From: Alphaproteobacteria bacterium
GTDB lineage: Bacteria; Pseudomonadota; Alphaproteobacteria; Bin95
DNA length: 64,000 bases
Assembly (NCBI GenBank): GCA_965205265.1
Contig: CBDBGH010000003.1
Coordinates: 3,424,001 to 3,488,000, forward strand
Direction: 5' to 3'
The position numbers and the translations under genes are program-made. Under the pieces are notes generated by a model, which saw nothing but the letters and a program-made list of their open reading frames with translations, was not told where the DNA came from and ran no database searches. Positions 32,954-42,922 of this stretch are shown in pieces; the stretch's first letter is position 1; each line of letters opens with the position of its first letter.

Positions 32954-34584
32954 CCCACTCTATTCGGCACGGGGCGATGAAGTAGCGGCGAACGTTGCCC
33001 AAGTCGTTGGATTCGGATAGAAGTTCGTTGTCCAGTGCACTTCTGCCGAGGCAACGAAAGCGCCACGCCCGCCATGACCGAAGATACCTTCCTCCCGTTC
33101 GATCTTCCAGCCGTAAGCCGCAAGAAGGTAACCGCCGATTTCGCGGGCGGTTTGATCTCGTCGGACGGGGGCCTGGTCCTGCCGCGCGCGGCGGAACATC
33201 GGCTCGGGCTGGCCGAGGCGCTGGTCGGCTGCATCCGGGAATGGCGCGACCCCGACCGGGTGGTTCACTCGCTGGCGGCGATGCTGATGTTTCGCATGTT
33301 CGCGATCGCCTGCGGCTACAAGGACGCCGACGCCCTTCGACAAGCTCAGGAGCGACGCGCTCAGGGCGGATCCGCTGTTCAAGCTGGCCGTCGGCCGGAC
33401 GCCGGAGAGCGGCCGCGATCTGTGTTTCCAGCCGACCATGAGCCGGCTGGAGAACGCGCCCTCGCGGATCGAGGTGGCGCGTCTGACGGCCGCCCTGGTG
33501 GACATCTTCTGCCGTTCTTTCCCGGCTCCGCCGGCAACGATCACGCTCGATATCGACGACACCTGCGACCGGATCCACGGCCATCAGCAGCTGTCGCTGT
33601 TCAACGCCCACTACGACACAAGGTGCTTCCTCCCAGTCCACGTCCATCAGTCGAGAGCGGCAGGCCGGTGGCGGTCCTCCTGCACCCCGGCAAGACGCCG
33701 TCGGACGTCGAGGTCCGCGCCCTGATCAAGCACTTGGTGCGGCGCATCCGCCGACACTGGCCGCGCACCCGGCTGACCTTCCGCGGCGACAGCCATTACG
33801 GCCGCCGCGAGGCGATGGGCTGGTGCGAGGCGAGCGGCGTCGACTACATCTTCGGCCTGGCCGGCAACGCCGTGCTGCACGGCCTCGCCTACGAGGTCGG
33901 AGACGATATCAAGGTGCGCGGCGCCGAGGCCGGGGCGGAGAGGATGCGCGGCTTCGCCAGTTTCGATTATGCCGCGGCATCGTGGAGCCGCCAGCGCCGC
34001 GTCGTCGCCCGGCTGGAAGCCACGACGCGCGGCTTCGACGCGCGCTACATCGTCACCTCGCTCACCGGCGAGCCCCGCTATCTCCATGAAGGAGTCCATT
34101 GCGCGGAGGGGACACGCGGAAAACCTGATCAAGCGGCATCGCGCCCAGCTCGCTTCCGACCGCACCTCCTGCCAGAGCCCGCTCGCCAACCAGTTCCGCC
34201 TAGTGCTGCACACCGCGGCCTGCTGGCTGATGCTTGCGCTCCGCGACGCGGTGCCGCGCCGAATGCCGCTCGCCTGGACCGAGTTCACGACCCTCCGGCA
34301 GAGCCTACTCAAGATCGGCGCCCGGGTGGTCGAGAAGGCCGCCCGTGTCCGCATCCACTTCGCCTCGGCCTGTCCCAACGCCGCCCTGTTCCGCCTGCTC
34401 GTGGGCCGGCTCGCGACCTCGGGCCCCTGATCCCCGGGGCGGTGTGCCCCGCGAACCCGAGACCCTTGAACCCCCAACCCAGACACCGACAATCTCAGAT
34501 CCCGGCACCCCACAAGGCGCCGATCGGTAGACCCTGCGCGCTCCCAATTAACCGATAAAAGCGCCGTCTCGCGAATAAGTACGG
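32954..34584 (+). mobile_element. IS1380-family element (degenerate)
   Basis: Imperfect IRs CCCACTCTATTCG / CGAATAAGTACGG; 4-bp TSD CTAA. Confidence 0.75.
33074..34430 (+). pseudogene. IS1380-family transposase, multiple frameshifts
   Basis: DFAGGLISSDGG, ITLDIDDT..IHGHQQL, FRGDSHY, RGHAENLIK, LLKIGARV spread over several frames. Confidence 0.88.
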
Positions 34585-34621
34585 CTAAAGAGATATCCCG
34601 TCGAAGACCCTCATCTGGATT

Positions 34622-36280
34622 GGGTGCAAGTCCCGTATGGCGATTGTAACAGGTTGATTTATTGAGATTTTGCGTTGGTTTCCGATGGCCTTTTGGGCTG
34701 ATCGGTGACAATCGGGGTTTCGGGGTCGGGATCTTGTCACGGCCGCTCGGTTGCGGGGCCGGAAGCGGGACCGCTCCGCCCGCCAGAGGCGGGTAGGATG
34801 TTGTTCTGAACCAACCACAACCACGGGAGCGGCCCCATGGCAGTTTCGCAGTCTGCATCCTGCTCGTCCATCGATCTTGCCGGCTTGCCGGCCCGGATAG
34901 TGGAGGCGCTGTCGGGGCTGGTTGCGGTCTGTCGCGAGCCGCTTGCTTCGCCGCCCTGCGCGGCCGCATTCGAGGAGGTGGAGCTGCGCGTTCGGGAGAG
35001 CGTGAACGCGCTGGGCTGCGCGGTTCTGGGGGCCTGGGTGGAGGGTCTGGACGACGGGGCGTTGCGGGTCGAGCGGGCCGGGCAGTGCTGGTTCCGGGTG
35101 CCGGCCACGGCGAAGACGATCATGAGCACGCTCGGCCCGGTGACCTGCAGCCGGGCGCGCTATCGCCACGGCGCTGAGCGGGCATCGCTCGTGCCGGTGG
35201 ACGAGAGCCTGGGGCTGGTGAACGACTGCCTGACGCGCCCGGCCGCGCGGCTCGGACTGCTGATGATGGGCCACTGCACGGCGCGGGAAGCCGAAGCGTT
35301 CTTCTCGGAGATGGGCGCCATGGCGCCGTCCGCGAGCACGCTGCAACGGCTCGCCCGGACCATGCATGAGCGCTGGGAGGGCTTCGGGCCGCAGGCGATG
35401 GACGCTATCCGGGTCGCAGACGACATCCCGCCCGAGGCGGCCAGCGCCTCCGTCTCGCTTGACGGCGTCATGGTGGCGCTGCGCGCCGACGAGGACGGGC
35501 GCGCCGAAGCCTGCTGGCGCGAGGCCGCTTGCGGCACGGTCTCCTTCCACGACCGGGAAGGAGAGCGGCTCCGGACCCTCTACTTCGCCCGCATGCCCGA
35601 GAGCGGCAAGACCACGCTGAAAGCCCAACTCGCAAGCGAGGTCGCGCATATCCGGCGGGCCCGCCCCGATATCGCCATCGTTGCGCTTGCCGATGCAGCC
35701 CCCGACAACCGGACCTTCCTGGAAAGCCTCTCGCCCGAGGCCGAGGCCGTCGACTTCTGGCACGCCTGCGAGCACCTCCGCACGGCCTCCGACCATGCCG
35801 TCGATCCCCGCTGGTTCGAGACTTACCGCCATATCCTGCGCCATGACCCGCGCGGCAGCGCCAAGGTGATCCGGGCGCTGCGCTATCTGCGCGACAAGGC
35901 AGGCAGGAACCGCGCCGCGCGCAACGCCGTCGAGCGCGAACTCGCCTTCTTCCGCAAGCACCGCAGGCGCATGCGATACCGCGACCTCAGCGACCGGTGC
36001 CTCGCCATCGGCTCCGGCGTGGTCGAGGCCGCCAACAAAACGCTCGTCACTCAGAGAATGAAGCGCTCCGGCATGCGATGGCGTATCCAAGGCGGGCAGG
36101 CCGTCCTCACCGTACGCGCCCTCATCAAATCCGGGCGCTTCGACCGTGCCTGGAACGCCATCATGGGCGATGACCATACCCCGGCTAACGACAACATCCG
36201 CACCGGCAAACAACCCAGGCTCGCCACGTGAAACACGAACCTCAGCCCAGCCGCATCATCGCCATACGAGATTCACGCCC
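34622..36280 (+). mobile_element. ISKra4-like insertion sequence
   Basis: IRs GGG(TGCAAG/CGTGAA)TC(C/T)CGTATGGCGAT; 8-bp TSD TCTGGATT. Confidence 0.9.
34837..36231 (+). CDS. ISKra4/ISLre2-like transposase
   Basis: VSLDGVMV, LADAA, DFWHACEHL, IGSGVVEAANK..QRMKRSGMRW motifs. Confidence 0.85.
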   Translation: MAVSQSASCSSIDLAGLPARIVEALSGLVAVCREPLASPPCAAAFEEVELRVRESVNALGCAVLGAWVEGLDDGALRVERAGQCWFRVPATAKTIMSTLGPVTCSRARYRHGAERASLVPVDESLGLVNDCLTRPAARLGLLMMGHCTAREAEAFFSEMGAMAPSASTLQRLARTMHERWEGFGPQAMDAIRVADDIPPEAASASVSLDGVMVALRADEDGRAEACWREAACGTVSFHDREGERLRTLYFARMPESGKTTLKAQLASEVAHIRRARPDIAIVALADAAPDNRTFLESLSPEAEAVDFWHACEHLRTASDHAVDPRWFETYRHILRHDPRGSAKVIRALRYLRDKAGRNRAARNAVERELAFFRKHRRRMRYRDLSDRCLAIGSGVVEAANKTLVTQRMKRSGMRWRIQGGQAVLTVRALIKSGRFDRAWNAIMGDDHTPANDNIRTGKQPRLAT

Positions 36281-36374
36281 TCTGGATTGCGGTGGCAGCT
36301 TGCTTGGCCATAACGCAGGAGCAGGCTCACAACCATTCCTGTTTGGGGATTATATACGATAGTGCCGAAACCCC

Positions 36375-36542
36375 TCAATCCGGCTTCCGCTTCCAGTCCA
36401 CGTCAACGGTCCTGACAACGGCCTTCGCCAAATCCTCCGGCGTCCCTTCCGGGAACTCGACTTCTTCCTCCTTCTCGGCCTTGGACGGCTGGTAGGTGGA
36501 GCGGACAAGGGAGACGCGGGGAGCGGGTTTGCGGGTGGTCAT
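36375..36542 (-). CDS. Small hypothetical protein (55 aa)
   Basis: Translated by hand: MTTRKPAPRVSLVRSTYQPSKAEKEEEVEFPEGTPEDLAKAVVRTVDVDWKRKPD. Confidence 0.5.
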   Translation of the reverse strand: MTTRKPAPRVSLVRSTYQPSKAEKEEEVEFPEGTPEDLAKAVVRTVDVDWKRKPD

Positions 36543-37024
36543 GGTTCAATCCAGTTTGGGTGTCGCGCGAATAACACCCGGCAGTTCTTCGATGGGCCGC
36601 ATATCCTTCAGGTGCTTGGTGATCTTGGTCATGACTGACTGGCCTTCGGCCATACGCACAAGCCGACCGGCTTGTTCCTCGGCAACCTCACCTTTCCGCC
36701 ACATGTTGAAGACGATCTTGTCCGGGCAGATACCGACACACAGCAGTCGGGATGCGCGCAGATCGCGGTGGTGCAAGCCCGCACATAAACCCCACAAGCC
36801 GAGCATCGCGATCACGGTCCATTAGCGTTTTCGACCGCACTCAGGAACGCAGATGCTCGAACCTCGTCCCCATCGCGAGGATCCGATGTTGGTGGTCATC
36901 GATTCGGAAGTCCGCCGGTAAGCCCTGCGCCTCCGGGAGGAGGGGATAGCGTTCGGTCGGTCGAAGGACGGGGGCCGGAGGGTGCCGGACCTTCACCGTC
37001 TTCCCGCCATGCCGGAGGCTGCCG

Positions 37025-38050
37025 ATGACCGAACCCGGGACGATTTCCGCCGACTACACGCTGCGCCCGAGTGAGCTTGTGGCGACGCTGGCGCTGCTGG
37101 TCGAGGCCCGCCAGCCCTGCATCGTCTGGGGCCCGCCCGGGGCGGCCAAGAGCGCCATCGCGCGGCAGGTCGCGGCCGAGGCCGGACGCGCCTATGTCGA
37201 CATCCGTGCGCTGCTGCTCGATCCCGTGGACCTGCGCGGCATCCCCTGGCGCGACACTGACGGCCGCACCCGCTGGGCGCCGCCGGCCTTCCTGCCACCG
37301 GCGGACGATCCCGGCCGCTGGCTCATCAACCTGGAAGAACTGCCCTCGGCCGTGCCGCTGGTGCAGGCCGCCCTCTACCAGCTGGTCCTCGACCGGCGGG
37401 TCGGGGAGTACGAACTGCCCGAGGGCGCCTCGCTGATCGCCTGCGGCAACCGCGAGGGCGACAGGGGCGTGGTCCACCGCATGCCGACGCCGCTGGCCTC
37501 GCGCTTCGTCCACCTGGAGGTCGCGGTCGACGCCGACGACTGGCTCGCCTGGGGCGCCGCCAACGGCATCGCCCCTGAGGTGCTGTTCTGGATCCGCATG
37601 CGCCCGGACCTGCTGCACGCCTTCGATCCGCAGGCGAAGGAGAAGGCGTTTCCCTGTCCCCGCACCTGGGAGATGGCCTCCGGCATCGTCAACCGGCGCG
37701 TCGGCCTCGATGCGGGCGTCGAGCGCGCCCTGTTCCGGGGCACGGTCGGCGAGGCGGCGGCGGTGGAGTTCTCGGCCTTCCTCAAGGTGTGGAGGGAACT
37801 GCCCCATCCCAAGGCGGTGCTCGACGATCCCGCGGGCGCCCCGGTGCCGGAGAACGCCAGCGCCCTGATCGCGCTCTGCGGCGCGCTCTACCGCATGGCC
37901 GACGACATCACGCTCGACGCCATCGTCACCTATGCCGGACGGCTGCGGCGCGAGGTCGGCGAGTTCCTGGTCGGCTCCTGCGTCCGCCGCGACCCGGACC
38001 TCCAGCGCACGCCCGCCTTCATCCGCTGGGCGGCGGCGCGCACGCCATGA
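37025..38050 (+). CDS. MoxR-like AAA+ ATPase
   Basis: WGPPGAAKS, DLRGIP, LINLEEL, QAALYQLVLDRRVG, ACGNR..D, PLASRFVH, PCPRTWE. Confidence 0.88.
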   Translation: MTEPGTISADYTLRPSELVATLALLVEARQPCIVWGPPGAAKSAIARQVAAEAGRAYVDIRALLLDPVDLRGIPWRDTDGRTRWAPPAFLPPADDPGRWLINLEELPSAVPLVQAALYQLVLDRRVGEYELPEGASLIACGNREGDRGVVHRMPTPLASRFVHLEVAVDADDWLAWGAANGIAPEVLFWIRMRPDLLHAFDPQAKEKAFPCPRTWEMASGIVNRRVGLDAGVERALFRGTVGEAAAVEFSAFLKVWRELPHPKAVLDDPAGAPVPENASALIALCGALYRMADDITLDAIVTYAGRLRREVGEFLVGSCVRRDPDLQRTPAFIRWAAARTP

Positions 38051-38252
38051 CGAAGGACCCGAAGGCCGCACCGGCGGTCTGGAGGATTCTCCATGATCCC
38101 GCAGGAGACGCGCCCTCGCGCGCCTACGCCGTGCGCGCTCCCGACCGCGAAACGGCAAGACGCAGGCCCGCCGCCGCCCTGAACGTGCCGGTGTGGACCC
38201 TGCGATAGCCCTCACGGTCCCGCCGGACACCCCTCACACAGGAGTTGCCGCC

Positions 38253-39152
38253 ATGAATCTCACCCACGACGCCATGCTGGTCGGCTTGCGCATCGCCGCC
38301 TGGTCGGGCCGGCTCCACGACCGGCAGGCCTCGACCCATGTCGCGGTCCATCACGAGGCCAGCGCCGCCGCCGGGCGCTACAACAAGCGCCTGCTGCCCA
38401 GGACCGCCTTCGCCGCGCTCAACGCGACCGTCAGCGCGGCGCGCGGCGCCCACTACGCCAACACCCTCCCCTGGGACGACCAGGGGAGCCGCCTGCTCAC
38501 CGTCGCCAACCACGAGCGCTACACCGGACTGATGGAGGGCCTGCGGGAGCGTCTGGTGCGCGAGCGCGCCCGCTTCATCGAGGACTACGACGACAACATC
38601 GACAGGGCCCGGCTGGAACTCGGCCGGCTGTTCCGCATCGCGGACTATCCCGCGAAGGAGGATCTGCACGGCAGGTTCGGCCTGCGCTGGCGCATCGTCC
38701 CGGTGCCCGACGCCGACCACTTCATGGCGAAGCTGGCTTCCGCCGACACCGAGCGGGTGAAGCGCGACATCGAGAGCCAGATCGAGGAGCGCCTCCACGA
38801 CGCGGTGGGCGACCTCTACCGGCGCCTGGGCGAAGCGGTGGAGCGGGTCTCCGAACGCCTTCGGGAAGACGGCGACGGCAAGCCGCTGGTGTTCCGGGAT
38901 TCGATGATCGGCAACATCCGCGAACTGGTCGAGGTCGTGCCGCGGCTCAACATTTTCGGCGACGACGAGCTTGCGCGTCTCTGCGGGCAGGTCAAGGAGA
39001 AGATCGCCAGCGTCGAACCGGACGCACTCAGGCCGTCGAAAAGCTTCGACCCGGCGGCGCGGGCCCGCGTCAAGCGCGAGGCCGATGCGCTGGCGGAGGC
39101 GTTCGCGGGGTATTTCGGGACGCGGGCCGAGCCGGTGCGGGAGGCGGCGTGA
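38253..39152 (+). CDS. DUF3150-like helical protein of the AAA/VWA module
   Basis: AGGAG RBS; MLVGLRIAAWSG..D, NKRLL, TLPW.D.G.RLL, DYP, FRDS; lies between AAA and VWA genes. Confidence 0.65.
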   Translation: MNLTHDAMLVGLRIAAWSGRLHDRQASTHVAVHHEASAAAGRYNKRLLPRTAFAALNATVSAARGAHYANTLPWDDQGSRLLTVANHERYTGLMEGLRERLVRERARFIEDYDDNIDRARLELGRLFRIADYPAKEDLHGRFGLRWRIVPVPDADHFMAKLASADTERVKRDIESQIEERLHDAVGDLYRRLGEAVERVSERLREDGDGKPLVFRDSMIGNIRELVEVVPRLNIFGDDELARLCGQVKEKIASVEPDALRPSKSFDPAARARVKREADALAEAFAGYFGTRAEPVREAA

Positions 39153-40432
39153 TGGCGCACCGGGAATCGGCCGAGCGGGTGAGCCGCTGCGTCACGGCGC
39201 TGCTGCGCCGGCAACCCTTCTTCGGCGCGCTCGCGCTTCGCCTGCCGGTGCGGGCCGATGCCGGCCGCGAGACCCTGGCGAGCGACGGGCGCGAGATCCG
39301 CTATTCCCCGGCCTGGATCGCGGAGACCGACGCCCACCTGATCGAGACCGCGATCGCCCGGGTGGTGCTCGCCTGCGCGCTCAAGCACCACACGCGGCGC
39401 GGCGCGCGCGGCCCGGAACGCTGGCAGCGCGCCTCGCAGCTGGTCACCCACGGGCTGCTGAAGGAGGCCGGGTTCGTCCTGCCGCCGGACGCCGAGGCCT
39501 GGGACGGCATCAGCGTCGAGCAGGCCTATGACCGCCTGCCGGAGCCCGACGGCGATGACGCCGCGCCGTCCGGTTCGGACGGGTCGGGCAACGGAAACGG
39601 TGCGTCCGGCTCCCCGTCCGGCAGCGATGGCGGTGACGCCGACGACCCGTCCGGCCGGGGCGAACCCGGACAGGATGGCGCCGGGCCGCCGAGTTGCGAT
39701 CCCGCCCGCACCGGCGAGGTCATGGATGCGCCGTCCGGCATCGGTTCCGGCGAAGACTCCTCTGGCCCGCCGCCGGGCGCTCTCGCCGCCGAGGAGCAGG
39801 CGTGGGACGAAGCGATGCACCAGGCCGCCAGCCTCGCGAAGGCCGAAGGCCGGATGCCCGGCGCCGTCGCGGAGACGGTGAGGGGCGCCCATGTCTCGGC
39901 GCTGGACTGGCGCGCGCTGCTGCGCCGCTTCATGACCGGGGCGGCGAAGAGCGACTATTCCTGGAGCGTCTCCAACCGGCGCTTCATCGACTCCGGCCTC
40001 TACCTGCCCTCGCTTCGTTCCGAGGGCATGGACGCCATCGCCGTCATCGTCGACACCTCGGGCTCGGTCGACACGGCGACCCTGGCTGCCTTCTGGTCGG
40101 AGGTGCGCGAGGCGGCGATGGAGACCGATCCCGCGCGCGTCATCGTGCTCCAGGTCGACACCGCGGTGCGCGACGCCGCCGAGTACCCGCCCGACGGCCT
40201 GCCCGAGGAGATCGTCGTCAGGGGCCGGGGCGGCACCGACTTCCGGCCCGGCTTCGCCTGGCTGGAGGAGCATGACGTGAGGCCCGCGGTCTGTCTCTAC
40301 TTCACCGATCTGGATTGCAGCCGCTACCCCGAGGCCGAACCCGGCTACCCGGTGCTGTGGTGCGACTGGCAGTCCGGCGCCGGACCCTTCCGGCCCCCGC
40401 CGCCCTGGGGCGAGCGCATCGACATCGCCTGA
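39152..40432 (+). CDS. DUF2201-type protein (peptidase-like N-terminus plus VWA domain)
   Basis: PFFGALAL, TLASDG, LDWRALLRRF, DYSW..NRR, VDTSGS MIDAS, GRGGTDFRP, YFTD. Confidence 0.85.
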   Translation: MAHRESAERVSRCVTALLRRQPFFGALALRLPVRADAGRETLASDGREIRYSPAWIAETDAHLIETAIARVVLACALKHHTRRGARGPERWQRASQLVTHGLLKEAGFVLPPDAEAWDGISVEQAYDRLPEPDGDDAAPSGSDGSGNGNGASGSPSGSDGGDADDPSGRGEPGQDGAGPPSCDPARTGEVMDAPSGIGSGEDSSGPPPGALAAEEQAWDEAMHQAASLAKAEGRMPGAVAETVRGAHVSALDWRALLRRFMTGAAKSDYSWSVSNRRFIDSGLYLPSLRSEGMDAIAVIVDTSGSVDTATLAAFWSEVREAAMETDPARVIVLQVDTAVRDAAEYPPDGLPEEIVVRGRGGTDFRPGFAWLEEHDVRPAVCLYFTDLDCSRYPEAEPGYPVLWCDWQSGAGPFRPPPPWGERIDIA

Positions 40433-40563
40433 GCTTCGGCCCCCCGGCCCGCGCCGCCGGGAGAGGAGCCGGGCGGCGGTCCGGGGCGAAGCGGCCGGGC
40501 CGGCGGGAGCCGGTCCCCGACGCCGCTTTCTCCCCTTCTCCATACACCATCCAGGAGGTTTGC

Positions 40564-42837
40564 ATGAACCGCACCGCCACGACCGGCGCTCCCGGGGACG
40601 GGCCGCGCATCCGGGAGATCCCGCTCTCCCGGCTCGGCCTCGCGCCCGAGAACGTCCGCAGGACCCCGCCCGATGCCGAAGCCGACGCCGCGCTCAGGGC
40701 CTCCATCGCCGCCTTCGGCCTGCTGGAGAACCTGGTCGTCCGGCCCGATGAGCCCGACGAAGCCGGCGCCGAACGCTTTGCCGTGGTCGCGGGCGGGCGC
40801 CGCCTTCGGGCCCTGCAGGCGCTGGCCGCGGACGGCGCGCTGGAGGCCGGCCATCCGGTGCCCTGCCAGGTCAGGGCCGGCAGCGACGCGCCCGGCGAGG
40901 TCTCGCTCGCCGAGAACGTCATCCGCATCGCCATGCACCCGGCCGACCAGGTCACGGCTTTCGCCGAACTGGCCGCTGCCGGCCGGTCGGTCGCCGCCAT
41001 CGCCGCGCGCTTCGGCGCGTCGGAGCGCATCGTCGAACAGCGCCTGCGCCTCGGCAACGCCGCGCCGGAACTGCTCGACACCTACCGGGCCGACGCGATC
41101 GACCTGGAGACGCTGAAGGCCTTCGCCGTCACGACAGACCGGGCGCGCCAGCTGGCGGTCTGGGAGCAGGTCTCGGCCCAGGGCTACCGCCCGTCCGCCT
41201 GGCAGGTGAAGCGGCTGCTGACCGAGGAGCGGGTGCCGGGGGCTTCGGCCATCGCCCGCTTCGTCGGGGCGGAAGCCTACGAGGCCGCGGGCGGACAGGT
41301 CATGCGCGACCTGTTCGCCGATGACGACGAGGCCGGCGTCTGGTTCGAGGACCCGGCGCTGCTGGAGACGCTGGCCACGGCCAGGCTCAGGGCGGCCGCC
41401 GACGAACTTTCGACACGCTGGAAGTGGGCCGTGCCCATGGTCGAGATCGACTGGAGCACGACCGCCCGCCATGGCCGCATCCATCCGCAGCCTTCGCCGC
41501 CGACCGACGAGGAACAGGCCGAGCTCGCGAAGCTGGAGACCCGCCAGGACGAACTGGCCGCTCTCGACGAGGACGACTGGACGGCAGAGCTGGCCGCCGA
41601 GGCCGAAGCCGTCGAGGCCCGGCTCGACGCGATCGCGGCCGCCGTCGACGCCCGCGCGGTGTTCCGCCGCGAGGACTTCGCCATGGCGGGCTGCATCGTC
41701 ACGATCGGCCATGACGGCGCGATGCAGGTCATCGCCGGTCTGGTCAGGCCCGAGGACATGCCGGCGGAGACCGGCGCCGCGGCAGCGCAGGCCGGCAACG
41801 GCCGCGACCCGGATGCCGCGAGCCACGCAACCCATGCCGCCGGTCCGGCCATGGCCGCGCCGATGGCGGGGCCGAAGGACCGCGAGGCGGAGGCGCGCAG
41901 GGAGGCGGGCGTCGGCATCGGGCTTGCCGAGGACCTGCGGTCCATCCGCACCGCGCTGGTCAAGGCCCATCTGGCCCAGGACTTCGAGGCCACCTTCGAC
42001 CTCATGCTGTTCCAGATGGGCCGCGCCCTGTTCGCGCCGGGTTACCACAACCACGCCCTCGACATCGCGGTGAAGGAGACCCCCGACCGGCCCAACACCC
42101 GGATGAACGACCCCGACTTCGCGGAATGGTCGCCCGGCGAGACGATGCTGGCGGACCGTTCCGGCCTGCCGCTGGACTGGCTGGAGGCCGCCGACGACGG
42201 CGAGGCCTTCGCCGCGCTCCGGGCCCTGTCCCGGGCGGAGAAGGAGACGCTGTTCGCGGCCTGCGTCGCGCGCACCGTGCAGGGCCAGCTCGCCTTCGAG
42301 CTGCAGGCGCGGCCCGAACTCGAAGCCACCGTGGCCCGGCTCGGCATCGACTTCGCGGGCCATGTCCGCCCGACCGCCGGCCTGCTGTGGTCGCGCATGC
42401 CGAAGGGCCGCATCCTCGACATCGCCCGCACGGTGTTCGGCGCCGCCTGGGCCTCGGCGCGGTCGAAGTACAGGAAGCCGGCGCTGGCCGAGGCGATGGA
42501 GCAGGCCTTCGCGGCCGGCGAGCGCCCGCTCGGGCTCTCCGCCGCCGCCCACGCGGCCGCCCTGGCCTGGACGCCGCCGGGGTTCGCCGCCTTCGATGCC
42601 GGGCGGACGGACGGCAACGCCGGGAACGCGGCAGCCGCTGCCGGAGACGCGCCGGGCTCCGAACCCGCGTCCGGCCCGGCGGCCGATGCGGCCGGAACGA
42701 TGGAGGCGGCCGAACCGGAGACCGGGCGGCCGGACGCCGCCGCAACCGCCGATCCGGTGCCTCCGGTTCCGGTCAACGGCCATGACGTCGATGCCGGCCC
42801 GGCGGCGATCCCTGAGTTCCTGCGCCACGTCCGGTAG
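40564..42837 (+). CDS. Large ParB/Spo0J N-terminal domain protein
   Basis: ENVRR, LRASIAAFGLLENLVV, VVAGGRRLRAL, SLAENVIR..MHPADQ, HTH, YEAAGG...DLF; AGGAGG RBS. Confidence 0.88.
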   Translation: MNRTATTGAPGDGPRIREIPLSRLGLAPENVRRTPPDAEADAALRASIAAFGLLENLVVRPDEPDEAGAERFAVVAGGRRLRALQALAADGALEAGHPVPCQVRAGSDAPGEVSLAENVIRIAMHPADQVTAFAELAAAGRSVAAIAARFGASERIVEQRLRLGNAAPELLDTYRADAIDLETLKAFAVTTDRARQLAVWEQVSAQGYRPSAWQVKRLLTEERVPGASAIARFVGAEAYEAAGGQVMRDLFADDDEAGVWFEDPALLETLATARLRAAADELSTRWKWAVPMVEIDWSTTARHGRIHPQPSPPTDEEQAELAKLETRQDELAALDEDDWTAELAAEAEAVEARLDAIAAAVDARAVFRREDFAMAGCIVTIGHDGAMQVIAGLVRPEDMPAETGAAAAQAGNGRDPDAASHATHAAGPAMAAPMAGPKDREAEARREAGVGIGLAEDLRSIRTALVKAHLAQDFEATFDLMLFQMGRALFAPGYHNHALDIAVKETPDRPNTRMNDPDFAEWSPGETMLADRSGLPLDWLEAADDGEAFAALRALSRAEKETLFAACVARTVQGQLAFELQARPELEATVARLGIDFAGHVRPTAGLLWSRMPKGRILDIARTVFGAAWASARSKYRKPALAEAMEQAFAAGERPLGLSAAAHAAALAWTPPGFAAFDAGRTDGNAGNAAAAAGDAPGSEPASGPAADAAGTMEAAEPETGRPDAAATADPVPPVPVNGHDVDAGPAAIPEFLRHVR

Positions 42838-42852
42838 CCGTCCCGTCCCGAT

Positions 42853-42891
42853 GAAGCGCCCCGCCGGGCGGCAAACCCGGCGGGGCGCTTC
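42853..42891 (+). terminator. 16-bp perfect hairpin after the ParB gene
   Basis: GAAGCGCCCCGCCGGG-CGGCAAA-CCCGGCGGGGCGCTTC; weak T-tract. Confidence 0.6.
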
Positions 42892-42922
42892 CGTTTCCGC
42901 ATGTCCCAACGGAGGTCCACCC

